Of a stretch of DNA of 64,000 nt, positions 50,286-62,837 are shown piece after piece (position 1 is the stretch's first letter; each line of letters begins with the position of its first letter). The DNA comes from Squalus acanthias (Eukaryota), in assembly GCA_030390025.1 (NCBI GenBank), contig JASTWF010000033.1, forward strand, positions 2,482,001 through 2,546,000, written 5' to 3'. The translations under genes and the position numbers were made by a program. The notes under the pieces are model-generated. The model made no database searches, had not been told where the DNA came from, and worked only from the letters and a program-made list of their open reading frames with translations.

Positions 50286-53200
50286 CATAGAAACATAGAA
50301 ATATAGAACATAGGAGCAGGAGTAGGCCATTCGGCCAATCGAGCCTGTTCCGCCATTTAATGTTATCATGGCTGGGCATCCAAATTCAGTACCCTGTCCC
50401 TGCTTTCTCCCCATATCCCTTGATCCGCTTAGCCTTAAGAAATATATCCAACTCCTTCTTGAATATATTTAATGAATTGGACTCAACTGCCGACTGTTGT
50501 AGAGAATTCCACAGGTTCACCACTCTCTGGGTGAAGAAATTCCTCCTCATCTCAGTCCAAAATGGCTTACCCCTTATCCTTAGACTATGATCCCTGGTTC
50601 TGGACTCCACCGCCATCGGGAACATCCTTCCTGCATCTAGTCTGTCTAGTCCTGTTAGAATTTTATAAGTTTCAATGAGATCCCCTCTCATTCTTCGAAA
50701 CTCTAGCGAATGTAAGTCTAATCGAACCAATCTTCTTCATACGTCATTCAGGCCATCCCAGGTATCAGTCTGGTGAATCTTCGCTGCACTCCCTCCATGG
50801 CAAGAACATCCTTCCTCAGATAAGGCGAACAAAACTGCACACAATACTCAAGGTGTGGTCTCACCGAGGCCCAGTACAACAGCAGCAAGACTTCCTTGCT
50901 CTTGTACTCGAATCCTCTCGCTATGAAGGCGAACATACCATTTGCCATCTTAACAGCCTGCTGCACCTGCATGCTTACATTCAGCGACTGGTGCACAAGG
51001 ACACCCAGATTTCGTTGCACATTCCCTTTTCCAAATCTATTGCCGCTCAGATAATTATCTGTCTTCCAGTTTTTGCCACCAAAGTGGATAACCTCGCATT
51101 TATCCGCATTATACTGCATCTGCCATGCATCTGCCCAGTCACACAACCTGAGCAAATCATACTGGAGATTCTCTGCATCCTCCTCACAACACACACGCCC
51201 ACCCAGCGTTGTGTCGTCTGCAAACTTGAAGATATTACAGCTAGTTCCCCCATCTAGATCATAAATATATATTGTGAATAGCTGGGGTCCTAGCACCGAT
51301 CGCTGCGGTTCCCCACTAGTCACTGCCTGCCACTCAGAAAAAGACCCGTTTATTCCAACTCTTTGCTTCCTGTCTGCCAACTGGTTCTCTTTCCAAGTCA
51401 GAAGCTTACCCCCATTCCCAGATGCTTTAACTATGCACGCTGATCTCTTGTGCGGGATCTAATCGAAAGCCTTCTGAAAGTCCAAATACACCACATCCAA
51501 TGGTTCACCCTTATCTAAACGACCAGTTACATCCTCAAAAAAATCCAATAGATTAGTCAAGCATGATTTACCTTTTGTAAATCCATCTTGTCTTTGTCCG
51601 ATGCTGTCACTGTATTCCAACTGCTCTGCTATTACATTTTTTATAATGGACTCTAGCATTTTCCCAACTAACGATGCCAGGCTATAATTCCCCGTTTTCT
51701 CTCTACCAACTGTTTTAAGTAGTGGGGTTATATTAGCTAAACTCCAATCCATGGGAACTGTTCCAGAGCCTATATAATTTTGGAAGATGACGAGCAATGC
51801 ATCTACTATTTCTAGGGCCACTTCCTAAAGTAACCTAGGATGTAGATTATCAGGCCCTGGGGATTTATTGGCCTTCAATCCCGTCAATTTTCTGAACACC
51901 ATTTCCCTACAAATACTGATTTCATTCAGTTCCTCCCTCTCATTAAAACATATGTTCCCCGACACCTCTGGGAGGTTATTTGTGTCCTCCTTTGTGAAAA
52001 CAGAACCAAAGTATGTATTTAATTGGTCTGCCATTTCTTTGTTCCCCATTATAAATTCCCCTCATTCTGACCACAAGGGACCTACACTTGACTTCACCAA
52101 TCTTTTTCTCTTACCATGTCTATAGAAGATTTTACAGTCAGTTTTTATGTTCCTTGAAGCTTACTTTCATATTCTATTTTCCCCCTCTAAATTAATCCCT
52201 TTGTCCTCCTTTGCTCAATCCTAAACGGCTCCCAATCCTCAGGTTTGCTGCTTTTTCTGGGAAATTTATATGTCCTCTTATGCTATCCCTAATTTCCCTT
52301 GTTAGCCAATGTTGAGTCACTTTTTTTGTTTTATTTTTATGCCAAACAGGGATGAAAAATTTCTGTAGTTCATCCATGCGATATTTTAATGTTTGACATT
52401 GCCTATCCACCGTCAAACTTTGAAGTAACGTTGCCCAATTCATCCGAGCCAAGTCGCGCCTCATACCATCGTAGTTTCCTTTATTTAAATTCAGGACCCT
52501 AGTCTCTGAGTCAAGGACTTCACTCTCCATCTTAACATATTATGATCGCTCCTCCCCAAGCGGTCGCACAAGAAGATTGCTAATTAAATGTTTCTCATTA
52601 CATAATAGCCAGTCTAAGATGGCCTGATATCAATTTGGTTCCTCGACATATTAGTCCAGGAAACCATCCCGTATACATTCTCGGAATTCCTCCTCCACAG
52701 TATTGTTACTAATTTGTTTAGCTCAATCTATATGTAGATTAAAGTCATGCATGATAACTGCTGTGCCCTTATGGCACGCGTCTCTAATTTCCCTTTTAAT
52801 GCCATCCCCAACCTTTGTTTGGGGGTCTGTACACAACTCCCACTAACGCTTTCTGTCACATGGGATTTCTCAGCTCCATCCATAGAGATTCCACATCATC
52901 AGAGCTAATAACCTTCCTTACTATTGTGTTAAGCTCCTCTTTACCTAGCAATGCTACCCCACCTCCTTTTCCTTTTTGCCTGCTCTTCCTGAATATTGTA
53001 TACCCCTGGATGTTTAATTCCCTGCCTTGGTCACCCTGGCGTCAAGTCTCTCTAATATAAATTATATCATATCCGTTTACATCTATTTGCGCAGTGAATT
53101 CATCCACGTTATTGCGAATGCTTCTCGCATAAAGACACAAAGCCTTCACGCTTGTTTTTTTTAACACTCTTAGCCCTTTTAGAATTATTATTTACTGTAG

Positions 53201-53716
53201 CACTGCTTGATTTGCACCCTTGATTTCACTGCCTTCCACTTTTGCTTTTCTCCTTCCTGCCTTTTGTTTCTATCCTTGCTTCCCTTTCCTCTGTCTACCT
53301 GCACCGGTTCCCAACCCCCTGCCATTTTAGTTTAAACCCTCCTCAACAGCACTAGCAAACACTCCCCTCAGACATCGGTCCCAGCCCAGACCAGGTGCAA
53401 ACTGTCCAGCTTGTACTGGTCCCACCTCCCCCAGAACCTGTTCCAATGTCCCAGTAATTTGAATCCCTCCCCCTTGCACCATTCCTCTAGCCACGTATTC
53501 ATCTGAAATATCCTTCTATTTCTACTCTGACTAGCTCGTGGCACTGGTAGCAATCCTGAGATTACTACCTTTGAGGTCCTATTTTTAAATTTACCTCCTA
53601 ACTCCCTATATTCAGCTTTTAGGACCTCATCCCGTTTTTTACCTATATCGTTGCTACCTATATGCACCACGACAACTGGCTGTTCACCCTCCCCCTCCAG
53701 AATGCACTGCAGTAGC
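50286..53716 (-). mobile_element. CR1 LINE from mid-ORF1 (esterase) to the 3' tail, with TTAAA target-site duplication
   Basis: ORF1 VHIGSNDIG…VVISGLLP…DSLHL and ORF2 RT pieces. CATAGAAA tail; TTAAA at 50281-50285 and 53717-53721. Very similar to 7017-8815. Confidence 0.95.
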
Positions 53717-54989
53717 TTAAAGTGATGGGTGTGGGTTAAATCATATTATAACAGTGAGGGATGTGGGATATTTCAGAGTGTTATTTTGAGGGGTTTTGGT
53801 TATATCAAAGCGTTAAAGTAATGGGTGTGGCATATATCAGAGTGGTACATTTAGTGGGGTGCGGTAAATCAGAGTTTTATACTGAAGAGTGTGGGGAATA
53901 ACAGTGTGGTACAGTGAGGCGTGTTAAGCGTATCAAATTGTTACAGTGAGCGTTGTGGTGTATATCGGATTGTTACACTGAGTGTTGTGGGGTAAGTCAG
54001 TGTTACAGTGAGGGGTGTAGCGTATATCAGAGTGTTACAGTGAGGGGTGTAGGGTATATCAGACTGTTACAGTGAGGGGTGAAGTGTATTTCAGAGTGTT
54101 AGCGTGAGGGGTGTGGGGTATATCAGAGTGTTACATTGAGGGGTGTGGAGTATATCAGAGTTTTACACTGAGGGTTGTGGGTGATATCAGAGTGTTACAG
54201 TGTGGGTATAAAAAAGGGTTACATTGAGGGATGTATCAGGGTTTTACAGTGAAGGGTGTGGGGTATATAAGATTGTTACATTTACTGGTGCATCAGGGTC
54301 TTAGAGTGAGGGGTGTGGGGTAGATCAGAGTGTTAAAGCGAGGTTTGAGGTCTATATCAGAGATTTACGGTGGCGTGGTGTATTTCAGGGCGTTGAACTG
54401 AGAGGTTTGCTGTTTATCAGAGTGTTACATTTATGGGGTGTGGGATATCTGAGTGTTGCAGTGAAGAGTGTGGGGAATAGCAGTGTGTTACAGTGAGGGG
54501 TGTGTGGTATATAACACTGCTGAACTGAAGGATGTATCTGGGTGTTACACTGAGGGGTGTGGCGTAAATCAGTTTGTTACAGCGAGGTTTTAGATCGATA
54601 TATGATATTTATGGGGGTGTGGGGTATATCAGGGCGTTGCACTGAGATGTTTGGTGTATATCAGAGTGTTACATGTTGTGGGGTGTCGTATAACAGTGTA
54701 TTACCATGAAGATTATGGGGAATAGCATTGTGTTACAGTTAGGGCGTATCGGATTGTTACAGATCGGTGTGTGGGGTATACCAGAGTGTTAAAGTGAGCG
54801 GTGTGGGGTATATCAGAGTGTTAAAGTGAGTGGCGTGGGGTAAATCAGAGTGTTACTGTGAGGTGTGTGAGGTATATCAGAATGTTACAGTGAGCGGTGT
54901 GGGATATATCAGATTGTTACAGTGCGGGGTGTGGTGTATATCAGAGTGTTACAGTGAGCGGTGTGGGTTAAATCAGAGTGTTACATTGG

Positions 54990-55451
54990 GGAGCTAAACC
55001 TCAATTTTTTTTTAAAAAGCCATCACATTAATAAAATAACTATAGTTAAATAAATTAACCACTTTTGAAAAAAATTAAATTCTTTTTAAAAGTTATAAAA
55101 ATAAACTTACCTTTCTTTAAAGTCTCCAAAAAAGATAAACCTGTTGAAATGTTTTTTAAATAATACTTAATTAACTACTTACCTTGTTAAAATGGGGTCT
55201 TACGCCTGCTTTCTTCATGTGTAAAATCTTCAACACTTACCTTCCCGTTCAAACCTGAAAAAAAACTTAGTGCGCTGCGTGCGCACTGCCTGTAGTGCGC
55301 ACGCGGTTCACTTAGGAACCGCCCCCTTCACAATACCCGAAGTGCCGGTTTCCCGCGCATGCGCAGTGCATGCAGCAAACCGGCACTTCGGGACCTAATA
55401 GGCGAGAGTACACAGTGCGTAATCTCCCGTATTAGGTCTAATTTTCGGGCC
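54990..55451. mobile_element. truncated copy of the TIR element at 41594-42354, in inverted orientation
   Basis: Reverse complement of 41594-42070; ends TAATTTTCGGGCC followed by AAT. Confidence 0.85.
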
Positions 55452-55454
55452 AAT

Positions 55455-55737
55455 GATTATCTCCAACAAGCGAGAGTCTAACAAGCTCCCTTTGACATTC
55501 AACGGCATTCCCATCGCCGAATCAGCCACCATCAACATCCTGGGGGTTACCATTGACCAGAAATTTAACTGGACCAGCCACATAAATACTGTGGCAACAA
55601 AAGATTGTCAGAGGCTGGGTATTCTGCGGTGAGGGCCTTACCTTCTGACTCCCCAAAGCCATTCCACATTCTACAAGACACAAGTAAGGAGTGTTATGGA
55701 ATACTCCTCTTGCCTGGATGAGTGGAGCTCCAACAAC
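55455..55737 (+). mobile_element. CR1/L2-group (Zenon-like) LINE fragment
   Basis: Reverse complement of about 36050-36330 (CCTTTGACATTCAACGGCATT…TACAAGACACAAGTAAGGAGTG). Confidence 0.8.
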
Positions 55738-56990
55738 AGCCCCTCTGTCAGTGCAGCACGCCCTCAGTACTGCCCCTCCAAAATGCAGCGCTCCCTTGGA
55801 GCTGCCCCTCCTACAGCGCAGTGCACCCTCAGTACTGCCCCTCTGACAGTGCAGCGCTCCCTCAGTACTGCCCCTCCGCCAGTGCAGTTATCCTTCAGTA
55901 CTGCCCCTCTGACAGTGCGGCGCTCCTTCAGTACTGTACCTCCGATAGAGCAGCGCTCTCTCAGTACTGCCCCTCCAACAGTGCAGCGCTGCCTCAGTTC
56001 AGTCAAGTCTCACAGTGCAGCGCTCCTCAGTACTGTCCCTGCGACAGTGCAGCACTCCCTCAGTACTGCTATTCCAACAATGCAGCGCTCCCTCAATACT
56101 GACCCTCCGACAGTGAAGCTATTCCACATTACTGCCACTCTGACAGTGCAGCACTCACTCAGTACTGACCCTCCGACAAAGCAAGACTCCCTCAATACTG
56201 TCCCTCCGACAGTGCAGTGCCCCCTCAGTACTGCCCCTCTGACAATGCAGCCCTCCCTCAATACTGCCCCTCCGTCAGTGCAGTTATACCTCAGTACTCC
56301 CCTACGACAGTGCGGCGCTCCATCAGTACTGGCCCTCCAACGGTGCAGCGCTAAGCCCTTGTACTGTCCAGTCTGTCATTGCAGCCCTCCATCAGTACTT
56401 TCCCTCCGACAGTGCAGCGCTCCCTAAGTACTGCCACTCCAACAGTGCAGCGCTCCCTCAATACAGATATTCCGACAATGCGGCGCTCCCTCAGTACGGC
56501 CCTTCCGACAATGCAGCGCTCCTCATTACTGCCCCCCGAGAAGCAGTGCTGCTCAGTACTGGCCCTCTGACAAAGCAGCGCTCCCTCAATACTGATCCTC
56601 TTACAGAGCAGCTCTCCCGTAATACTGCCCTCCAACGGTGCAGTGCTCCCTCAGTATTGGCCCTCTGACAATGCAGCGCTCCCTCAATAATGACCCTCTT
56701 ACAGTGCAGCACTCCCTTAGTACTGCCCATCCGACAGTACAGCGCTCCCTCAGTACATCCCCTCTGACATTGCAGCGATCCCTCCTCAATGCCCCTCCAA
56801 AAGTGCGGCGCTCCCTCAGTACTGCCGCTCCGACAGTGAGGGCACCCACAGTGCTGCCCCTCCGACAGTGCAGCGCTCCCTCAGTAATGAACCTCCGACA
56901 GTGCAGCGCTTCCTCAGTACTGCTCCTCCGACAGTGCAGCGCTCCCTCAGTACTTCCCATTCAACTGTGCAGCCGGCCCTCAGTACTGCC
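55738..56990 (-). repeat. diverged array of the SINE-derived 33-bp minisatellite, without recognisable SINE flanks
   Basis: CTCCCTCAGTACTGCCCCTCCGACAGTGCAGCG units. Confidence 0.93.
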
Positions 56991-57084
56991 GTAATAGTTT
57001 CTATGGAAGCGAGATTGATTTTGTGATGGACGTCCAATCCCGATTGGGCCTGGATCTGTTCCTTCACATTAGGGATTCGGCACC

Positions 57085-57792
57085 AGCTTAAAGAGGACGT
57101 GTCTCCGTCAGTGACCTTGTTTAAATAGGAAGTCTCTCCTTCAGGGACCTTGTTTAAATAGGGAGTCTCTCCGTCAGGGAGCTTGTTTAAATAGGGAGTC
57201 TCTCCATCAGGGTCCTTGTTTAAAGAGGCAGTCTCCCTCCGTCAGGGACCACGTTTAAAGAGGGAGTCTCTCGATCAGGGACCCTGTTTAAAGAGGGAGT
57301 CTCTACGACAGGGACCCTGTTTAAAGAGGCAGTCTCTACGTCAGGGACGCTGTTTAAAGATGAAGTCTCTCCGTCAGGGACCCTGTTTAAACAGGGAGTC
57401 TCCCTCCATCAGGTATCCTGTTTAAAGAGGGAGTCTCCCTCAGTCAGCGACCCTGTTTAAAGAGGGAGTCTCCCTCCGTCAGGGACCCTGTTTAAAGAGG
57501 GAGTCTTTCCGTTAGTGACCCTGTTTAAAGAGGGAGTCTCTCCGTCAAGGACCCTGTTTAAAGAGGGAATTACTCCGTCAGGGACCCTGTTTATAGATGG
57601 AGTCTCTCCGTAAGGAACTCTGTTTGAAGACTGAGTCTCTCCCTCAGGGCCTCTATTTAAAGACGGAGTCTCCCTGTCAGAGGCCCTGTTTAAATAAGGA
57701 ATCCCTCTTTCAGTGAACCTGTTGAAGAGGCACTCCCTCCGTCAGAACCCTGTTTAAAGATGGAGTCTCTCCTTCAGGGAACCTGTTTACAG
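57085..57792. repeat. 33-bp minisatellite (CAGGGACCCTGTTTAAAGAGGGAGTCTCTCCGT)n
   Basis: About 20 directly visible units. Confidence 0.95.
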
Positions 57793-58330
57793 AGGCTGAA
57801 TGGGCCTCCTCCTGCTACTGTGCAACGGGCTCGAGGGGCTGAATGGCCTCCTCCTGTTACTGTGCAACGGGCTCGAGGGGCTGAATGGCCTCCTCCTGTT
57901 ATTGTATAACGGGCTCGATGGGCTGAATGGCCTCCTCCAGTTATTGTATAACGGGCTCGAGGGGCTGAATGGGCCAACTCCTGTTCCCGTGTAACTGGCT
58001 CGAGGGGTTGCATGGGCATCCTTCTGTTACTGTGTAACGGGCTAAAGGGGTGAAAGGACCTACTCCAGTTACTGTGTAACGGGCTCAAGGGGGTGAATGG
58101 GCCTCCTTCTGTTCCTGTGTAACAGGCTCAAGGGGCTGAAAGGGCCTCCTCCTGTTCCTGTGTAACGGGCTCCAGGGGCTGAATGGCCTCTCCTGTTCCT
58201 GCGTATCATGCTCGAGGGGATGAATGGCATTTTCCTGTTCCAGTGTAACAGACTCGTGGGGCTGAATGGGCCTACTCCTGTTCCTACAGTAACAGGCTCG
58301 AGGGGACAGATTGATCTCCTCCTGTTCCTA
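57793..58330 (+). repeat. ~42-bp minisatellite (GGGCTCGAGGGGCTGAATGGCCTCCTCCTGTTACTGTGTAAC)n resembling the CR1 3' end
   Basis: About 12 units; compare GCAGGCTCGAGGGGCCGAATGGCCTACTCCTGCTCCTA at 48847-48884. Confidence 0.92.
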
Positions 58331-58458
58331 CGAATCGACCGGTTGCTGTTTTCCCACAAACATGAGTTTTTCACCATCACTTTGATCGGGGGCCAGCCCT
58401 TAAACTACCAGATATAATGAATTTAATTTCACAAAATACCAAATTCAAAGATAGAAGG

Positions 58459-59915
58459 AACTCGCATTTCTACATCGCCTGTCACCACCTCAGGACGTCT
58501 CAAAGAGCTTCACAGCCAATGAAGCACTTTTGAAGTGCAGTCACTGTTGTAATGCGGGCAACGTGGCAGGCAAGCTCCCACAAACAGCATTGAGATAATG
58601 ACCAGATCAACTGTCTTTTTTAGTGCTGTTGGTTGTTATAACTATTGGCCCCAGGATACCACGGAGAACTCCCCCTGATCTTGTTCCAATAGTGGCCGTG
58701 GGAACTTTTAAGTCCACCTGAGAGGGCGGACGGGGGCCTCGGTTTAACTTCTAATCTGAAAGTCGGCACCTCCGACAATCCTGCCCGCGTCAGACGTGCC
58801 CCACTGACAGGGCAGCGCTCCCTCAGTACTGCACCTTCTGCAATCCTGCCACCTTCAGTCCTGCCTAACTGACAGTACAGCATTCCCTCAGTACTGCCCT
58901 CTGACAGTGCTGCGCTCCCTCAGTACTGCCCCACCGACAGTGCGGCGCTCCCTCAGTACTGCCCCTCCGACATTGCAGCGCTCCCTCAGTACTGCCCCTC
59001 CGACATTGCAGCGTTCCCTCAGTACTGCCCCTCCGACAGTGCAGCGCTCCCTCAGTACTGCCACTCCGACATTGCAGCGCTCCCTCAGTACTGCCCCACC
59101 GACAGTGCGGCGCTCCCTCAGTACTGCCCCTCCGACATTGCAGCGCTCCCTCAGTACTGACCCTCCGATAGTGCAGCGCTCCCTCAGTACTGTCCCTCCG
59201 ACATTGCAGCGCTCCCTCAGTACTGCCCCACCGACAGTGCAGCGCTCCCTCAGTACTGCCCCTCCGACATTGCAGCGCTCCCTCAGTACTGCCCCTCCGA
59301 CATTGCAGCGCTCCCTCAGTACTGCCCCACCGACAGTGCGGCGCTCCCTCAGTACTGCCCCTCCGAGAGTGCAGCGCTCCCTCAGTACTGCCCTCTGACA
59401 GTGCTGCGCTCCCTCTGTACTAACCCTCCGACAGGGCAGCGCTCCCTAGGTACTGAGCCTCCGACAGTGCAGCGCTCCTTCAGTACTGCCAAACCGACAG
59501 TGCAGCGCTCCCTCAGTACTGACCCTCTGACAATGCAGCGCTCCTTCAGTACTGCCCCTCCGACAATGCAGCGCTCCTTCAGTACTGTGCCTCCGACAGT
59601 GCAGCGCTCCTTGAGTATTGCCCCTCCGAAAGTACAGCGCTCCCTCAGTGTACTGCCCCTCCGACAGTGCAGCACTCGCTCAATATTGCCCCTCCGACAG
59701 TGCAGCGCTCCCTCAGTACTGCCCCTCCGATAGTGCAACACTCGCTCAATATGGCCCCTCCGACAGTGCAGCATTCGCTCAGAACTGTCCCTCCGACATT
59801 GCAGCGGTCCCTTAGTACTGACAACGCGGAGTGTTATCCCTGGAATATGTGGCTCGATCCCACGGCCTTCTAACTCAGAGGCGAAATAGAAAGCGAGCGC
59901 TACCCACTGAGCGTT
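58459..59915 (-). mobile_element. Deu-type SINE with an internally expanded 33-bp minisatellite (array at about 58800-59822)
   Basis: Tail and body at 58459-58780 match 15751-16080. Head CCTTCTAACTCAGAGGCG…GCTACCCACTGAGC lies at 59866-59912. Confidence 0.88.
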
Positions 59916-59931
59916 GGCTGACAACGACCAT

Positions 59932-60687
59932 GGGGCAGAAATTTGGGTCCCCACGGGTGAGTACGCGCTGTGTAATCACCCGTAGGGCCACCGGAACTGC
60001 CGGTTATCACGCATGCAAGGTAAACCTGAACTTCCGGTGTCGTGAAGGAAGGGGTTCGCGGGTCAACCGCGTGCGCGTGAGAGGCAGTGCTCACGCAGCG
60101 AACTTCAGCTTTTTTTACAGCTTTCTCCGTGAGGCTAAGTCCCCAGCAGCTGCGCGGGTGAAAAAGCAGGTGCAAGGCCTGCTTTTAACAACGTAAGTGA
60201 TGAATTAAGTAAAATTAAAAGCTTTGTTCCACAGGTTTATTATTTTTAAATACTTTAAAGAAAGGTAAGTTTATTTTTAGCCCCGTTAAAAACTTGAATA
60301 ATTTTTTTTCAAAAATAACAATTTTTGTTTAAAATGTTTATTATATGACATTTATAGTTATTTTAAAAATCTGATCTTTTAAACAAAATTATTTGAAATT
60401 TTATTTAGGTTTTGGGGCCGATCTCTATTCACAGATTTGACAGGTCTTCCTGTCAAATCTATGAAAGGAGATTCCCTGCTCCGATTGGCTCCTCATGGCC
60501 CACGTGATCCCAGGGGATGCTTTGAACTAACTGCTCCACTGGGATACACGAGCACTGCACACCGGCAGCTGGAGGAGGCCCAGGATCAGAATTCGACGCG
60601 GGCCCACAGCCCAACGGCAGGCGCGCTATGTAAGTGCACCCGCTCTGCTTGCTGCCGCGGGAAGCGTGCGACCCGAATTTCTGGCTC
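59932..60687. mobile_element. non-autonomous TIR DNA transposon related to 41594-42354
   Basis: Imperfect 18-bp TIRs GGGGCAGAAATTTGGGTC and GACCCGAATTTCTGGCTC; shared internal ACTTTAAAGAAAGGTAAGTTTATTTTTA. Confidence 0.75.
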
Positions 60688-60827
60688 ACATAGAACAATA
60701 TATCACAGCTCTTCACAATCAAGTTCAGTGCAGTGTAAAGCGCAGAGTAACATGCTGCAGCGCTCTGCAATATAGGAACATATAGTGCAGCACAGAATAG
60801 TCCTTGAAATATTAAAGTGCCAATCTT

Positions 60828-61377
60828 GAAGATTCACTGGTCCATTGGCGGGATAGGCGCACCAACGTCAGTGTTCTCACTCAGGCCAACATCCCCAGCA
60901 TCGAAGCTTTGACCACGCTCCATCAGCTCCGATGGATGGGACACATCGTCCACATGCCCGATATGAGACTCACAAAACAAGTGCTCTTCTTGGAGATGCG
61001 ACACGGCAAGAGAGCCCAAGTTGGTCAGAGGAACTGCTTCAAGGAGACCCTCAAAGCCTCCTTGAAAAAGTGCAACATCTCCACCGACACCGGGGAATCC
61101 CTGGCCCAAGACCACAGTGGAGGAAGAGAAGCATCCGGGAAGGTGCGGAACACCGGGAGTCTCTTCAGCAGGAGCCAGCGGAAGCCAAGTTCAAACAGCG
61201 GAAGGAGCGCACGTCAACTCAAGCACCCGACCCACCCGCCCCTTCAACCACCGTCTGCCCCACCTGTGACCGAGACTGTAGGTCCCGCATTGAACTCATC
61301 AGTCACCTGAGGTTTAATTTTTAGTGTGGAAGCAAGTCATCCTCGGTTCCGAGGGACAGCCTAAGAAGAAGAAGAAG
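60828..61377 (+). mobile_element. RTE/BovB-like LINE 3' end with (AAG)n tail
   Basis: QLRWMGHIVHMPDMRLTKQVLF…GQRNCFKETLKASLK, C-terminal CPTCDRDCRSRIELISHLR, and tail TAAGAAGAAGAAGAAG. Confidence 0.88.
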
Positions 61378-61479
61378 GGTGCACGTCCAGATAAACAAAA
61401 CATCCGGGTTTTTTACTTTGGCAAGTTCTTCTCTGCTTAACAAGGCGAGGTATGTCAGTGCTGGGGAAGAAAGCAATTC

Positions 61480-61745
61480 CACTTTATACCCATTGTCAGC
61501 ATCGTGCGCTCCCAGGAGCAGGTACAGCACGGGATAGATAGAGTGCAGAGCACAACAACATTACCCTGACAGTGTGTCCCCACTTTTTACCCAGTGTCAG
61601 CATGAGCGCTCCAAGAGCAGGTACAGCACGGGTAACATACAGTGTAGAACTCACTCTCCATTACCCCGACAGTGCGTCCCCCACTTTGTATCCAGTGTCA
61701 GCTTCGAGCGCTCCTAGTGCAGGTACAGCACGGGTTATCCACAAA
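61480..61745. repeat. three ~100-110-bp diverged tandem units sharing GCAGGTACAGCACGGG with the reverse of the 67-bp satellite
   Basis: GTGTCAGC…GCGCTCC…GCAGGTACAGCACGGG at about 61495, 61595 and 61695. Confidence 0.7.
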
Positions 61746-62087
61746 CCCTCCGGGGCTGGAGTTGACTCCAGTTCCCAGAGTGCGAAAGTTCAGAATCTGA
61801 CCCCCTGACCGCACCCCAATTCTTACGGATTAAAACGTAAGTTGCGGACGTTTTTTATTACGGCTTCCGTAAGAATCTGAGCACGAGGTAGCAGGAGAGA
61901 CGAAAGGCCACCATAAATAGGAGGAGAATGAGGACACTGGCCCAGATCGGAAGGGTGACGTTAAAATTGGCCAATATCTCGAACTTGGGAATGCATTTAG
62001 AGGTGTTGGTTGTCTTTCTAAACATATTGCAATGCTGCTAGGCTGAGTTCCCTACTTTACATCTGTAACAGAACAAATTAATAAATC

Positions 62088-62825
62088 ATTTAGGGACAGT
62101 CCCTAACTATCCATCAGGTACATGGGGATGAGACAGATGATTAAGGACAGTCTTTTTGTATGGAATGTCCTAACTATCCTGTTAAATGGGGTGGGAGGAG
62201 GGAGGAGTCTTATTGAGGAGCGAGCGTGTGTGAGTTTAGTGACGGTACCTGAAAGCCATCAGACACAAGGCTGAGGGAATGTGTGCTTAGGGACAGTCCC
62301 TAACTATCCATCAGCTACACGGACGTTAGGGTGCTTATTTAGGAGGGAGTGTGTTTAGGAAGGATTCCTAACTATTCAGGTATACGGGTGAGGGATCTGA
62401 TTGAGGAGAGTGTGTGAGAGTTTATTGACGGTCCATAACTATCCGGTTCATGTGTAACGGAGCTGATTGAGGACAGCGTGTGTTCAGAGTATGTCCCTAA
62501 CTATCAGGAACATCTGCAATGGAGCTGATTGAGGAGAGTGTGTGTTTCGATTATGTTCGTAACTATCAGGTAACTGTGTAAGAGAGATGATTGAGGAAAT
62601 GAATAATTTACGGTCTGTCCCTAACTATGAGGTACCTGTGCAAGTGAGCTGATTGAGGATTGTGTTTGTTTATGTACTGTCCCTTACTATCAGGTACATG
62701 GGTAAGGGAGGTGATTTAGGAGAGTATGTTGAGTTATGGACGGTCCATAACTATCAGGTGCATTTGTAAGGGAGCTGATTGAGGAGAGTGTGTGTTAAGG
62801 GACGCTCCCTAGCTATCAGGTACTT
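62088..62825. repeat. diverged ~62-bp minisatellite (GTCCCTAACTATCAGGTACATGTGTAAGGGAGCTGATTGAGGAGAGTGTGTG…)
   Basis: CTAACTATC and GATTGAGGA recur at ~62-bp spacing. Confidence 0.85.
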
Positions 62826-62837
62826 ATCTCTGAAAAA

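Larger units (their letters stand above)
36866..54990. repeat. diverged 32-bp satellite (GGGGTGTGGTGTATATCAGAGTGTTACAGTGA)n in four blocks: 36866-39586, 46089-47478, 48910-50285 and 53717-54990
   Basis: The core TATATCAGAGTGTTACAGTGAGGGG recurs throughout. Blocks are separated by one LTR element and two CR1 copies. Confidence 0.95.

Noticed and set aside
57085..58330. CRISPR-like array of 33-42-bp partly palindromic repeats
   Set aside because: The units are head-to-tail with no unique spacers, there are no cas genes, and the context is vertebrate.
62088..62825. resemblance of TAACTAT/ACGGTCC to rRNA or a homing-endonuclease site
   Set aside because: Only short, wrongly ordered matches within a tandem repeat; no extended rRNA similarity.
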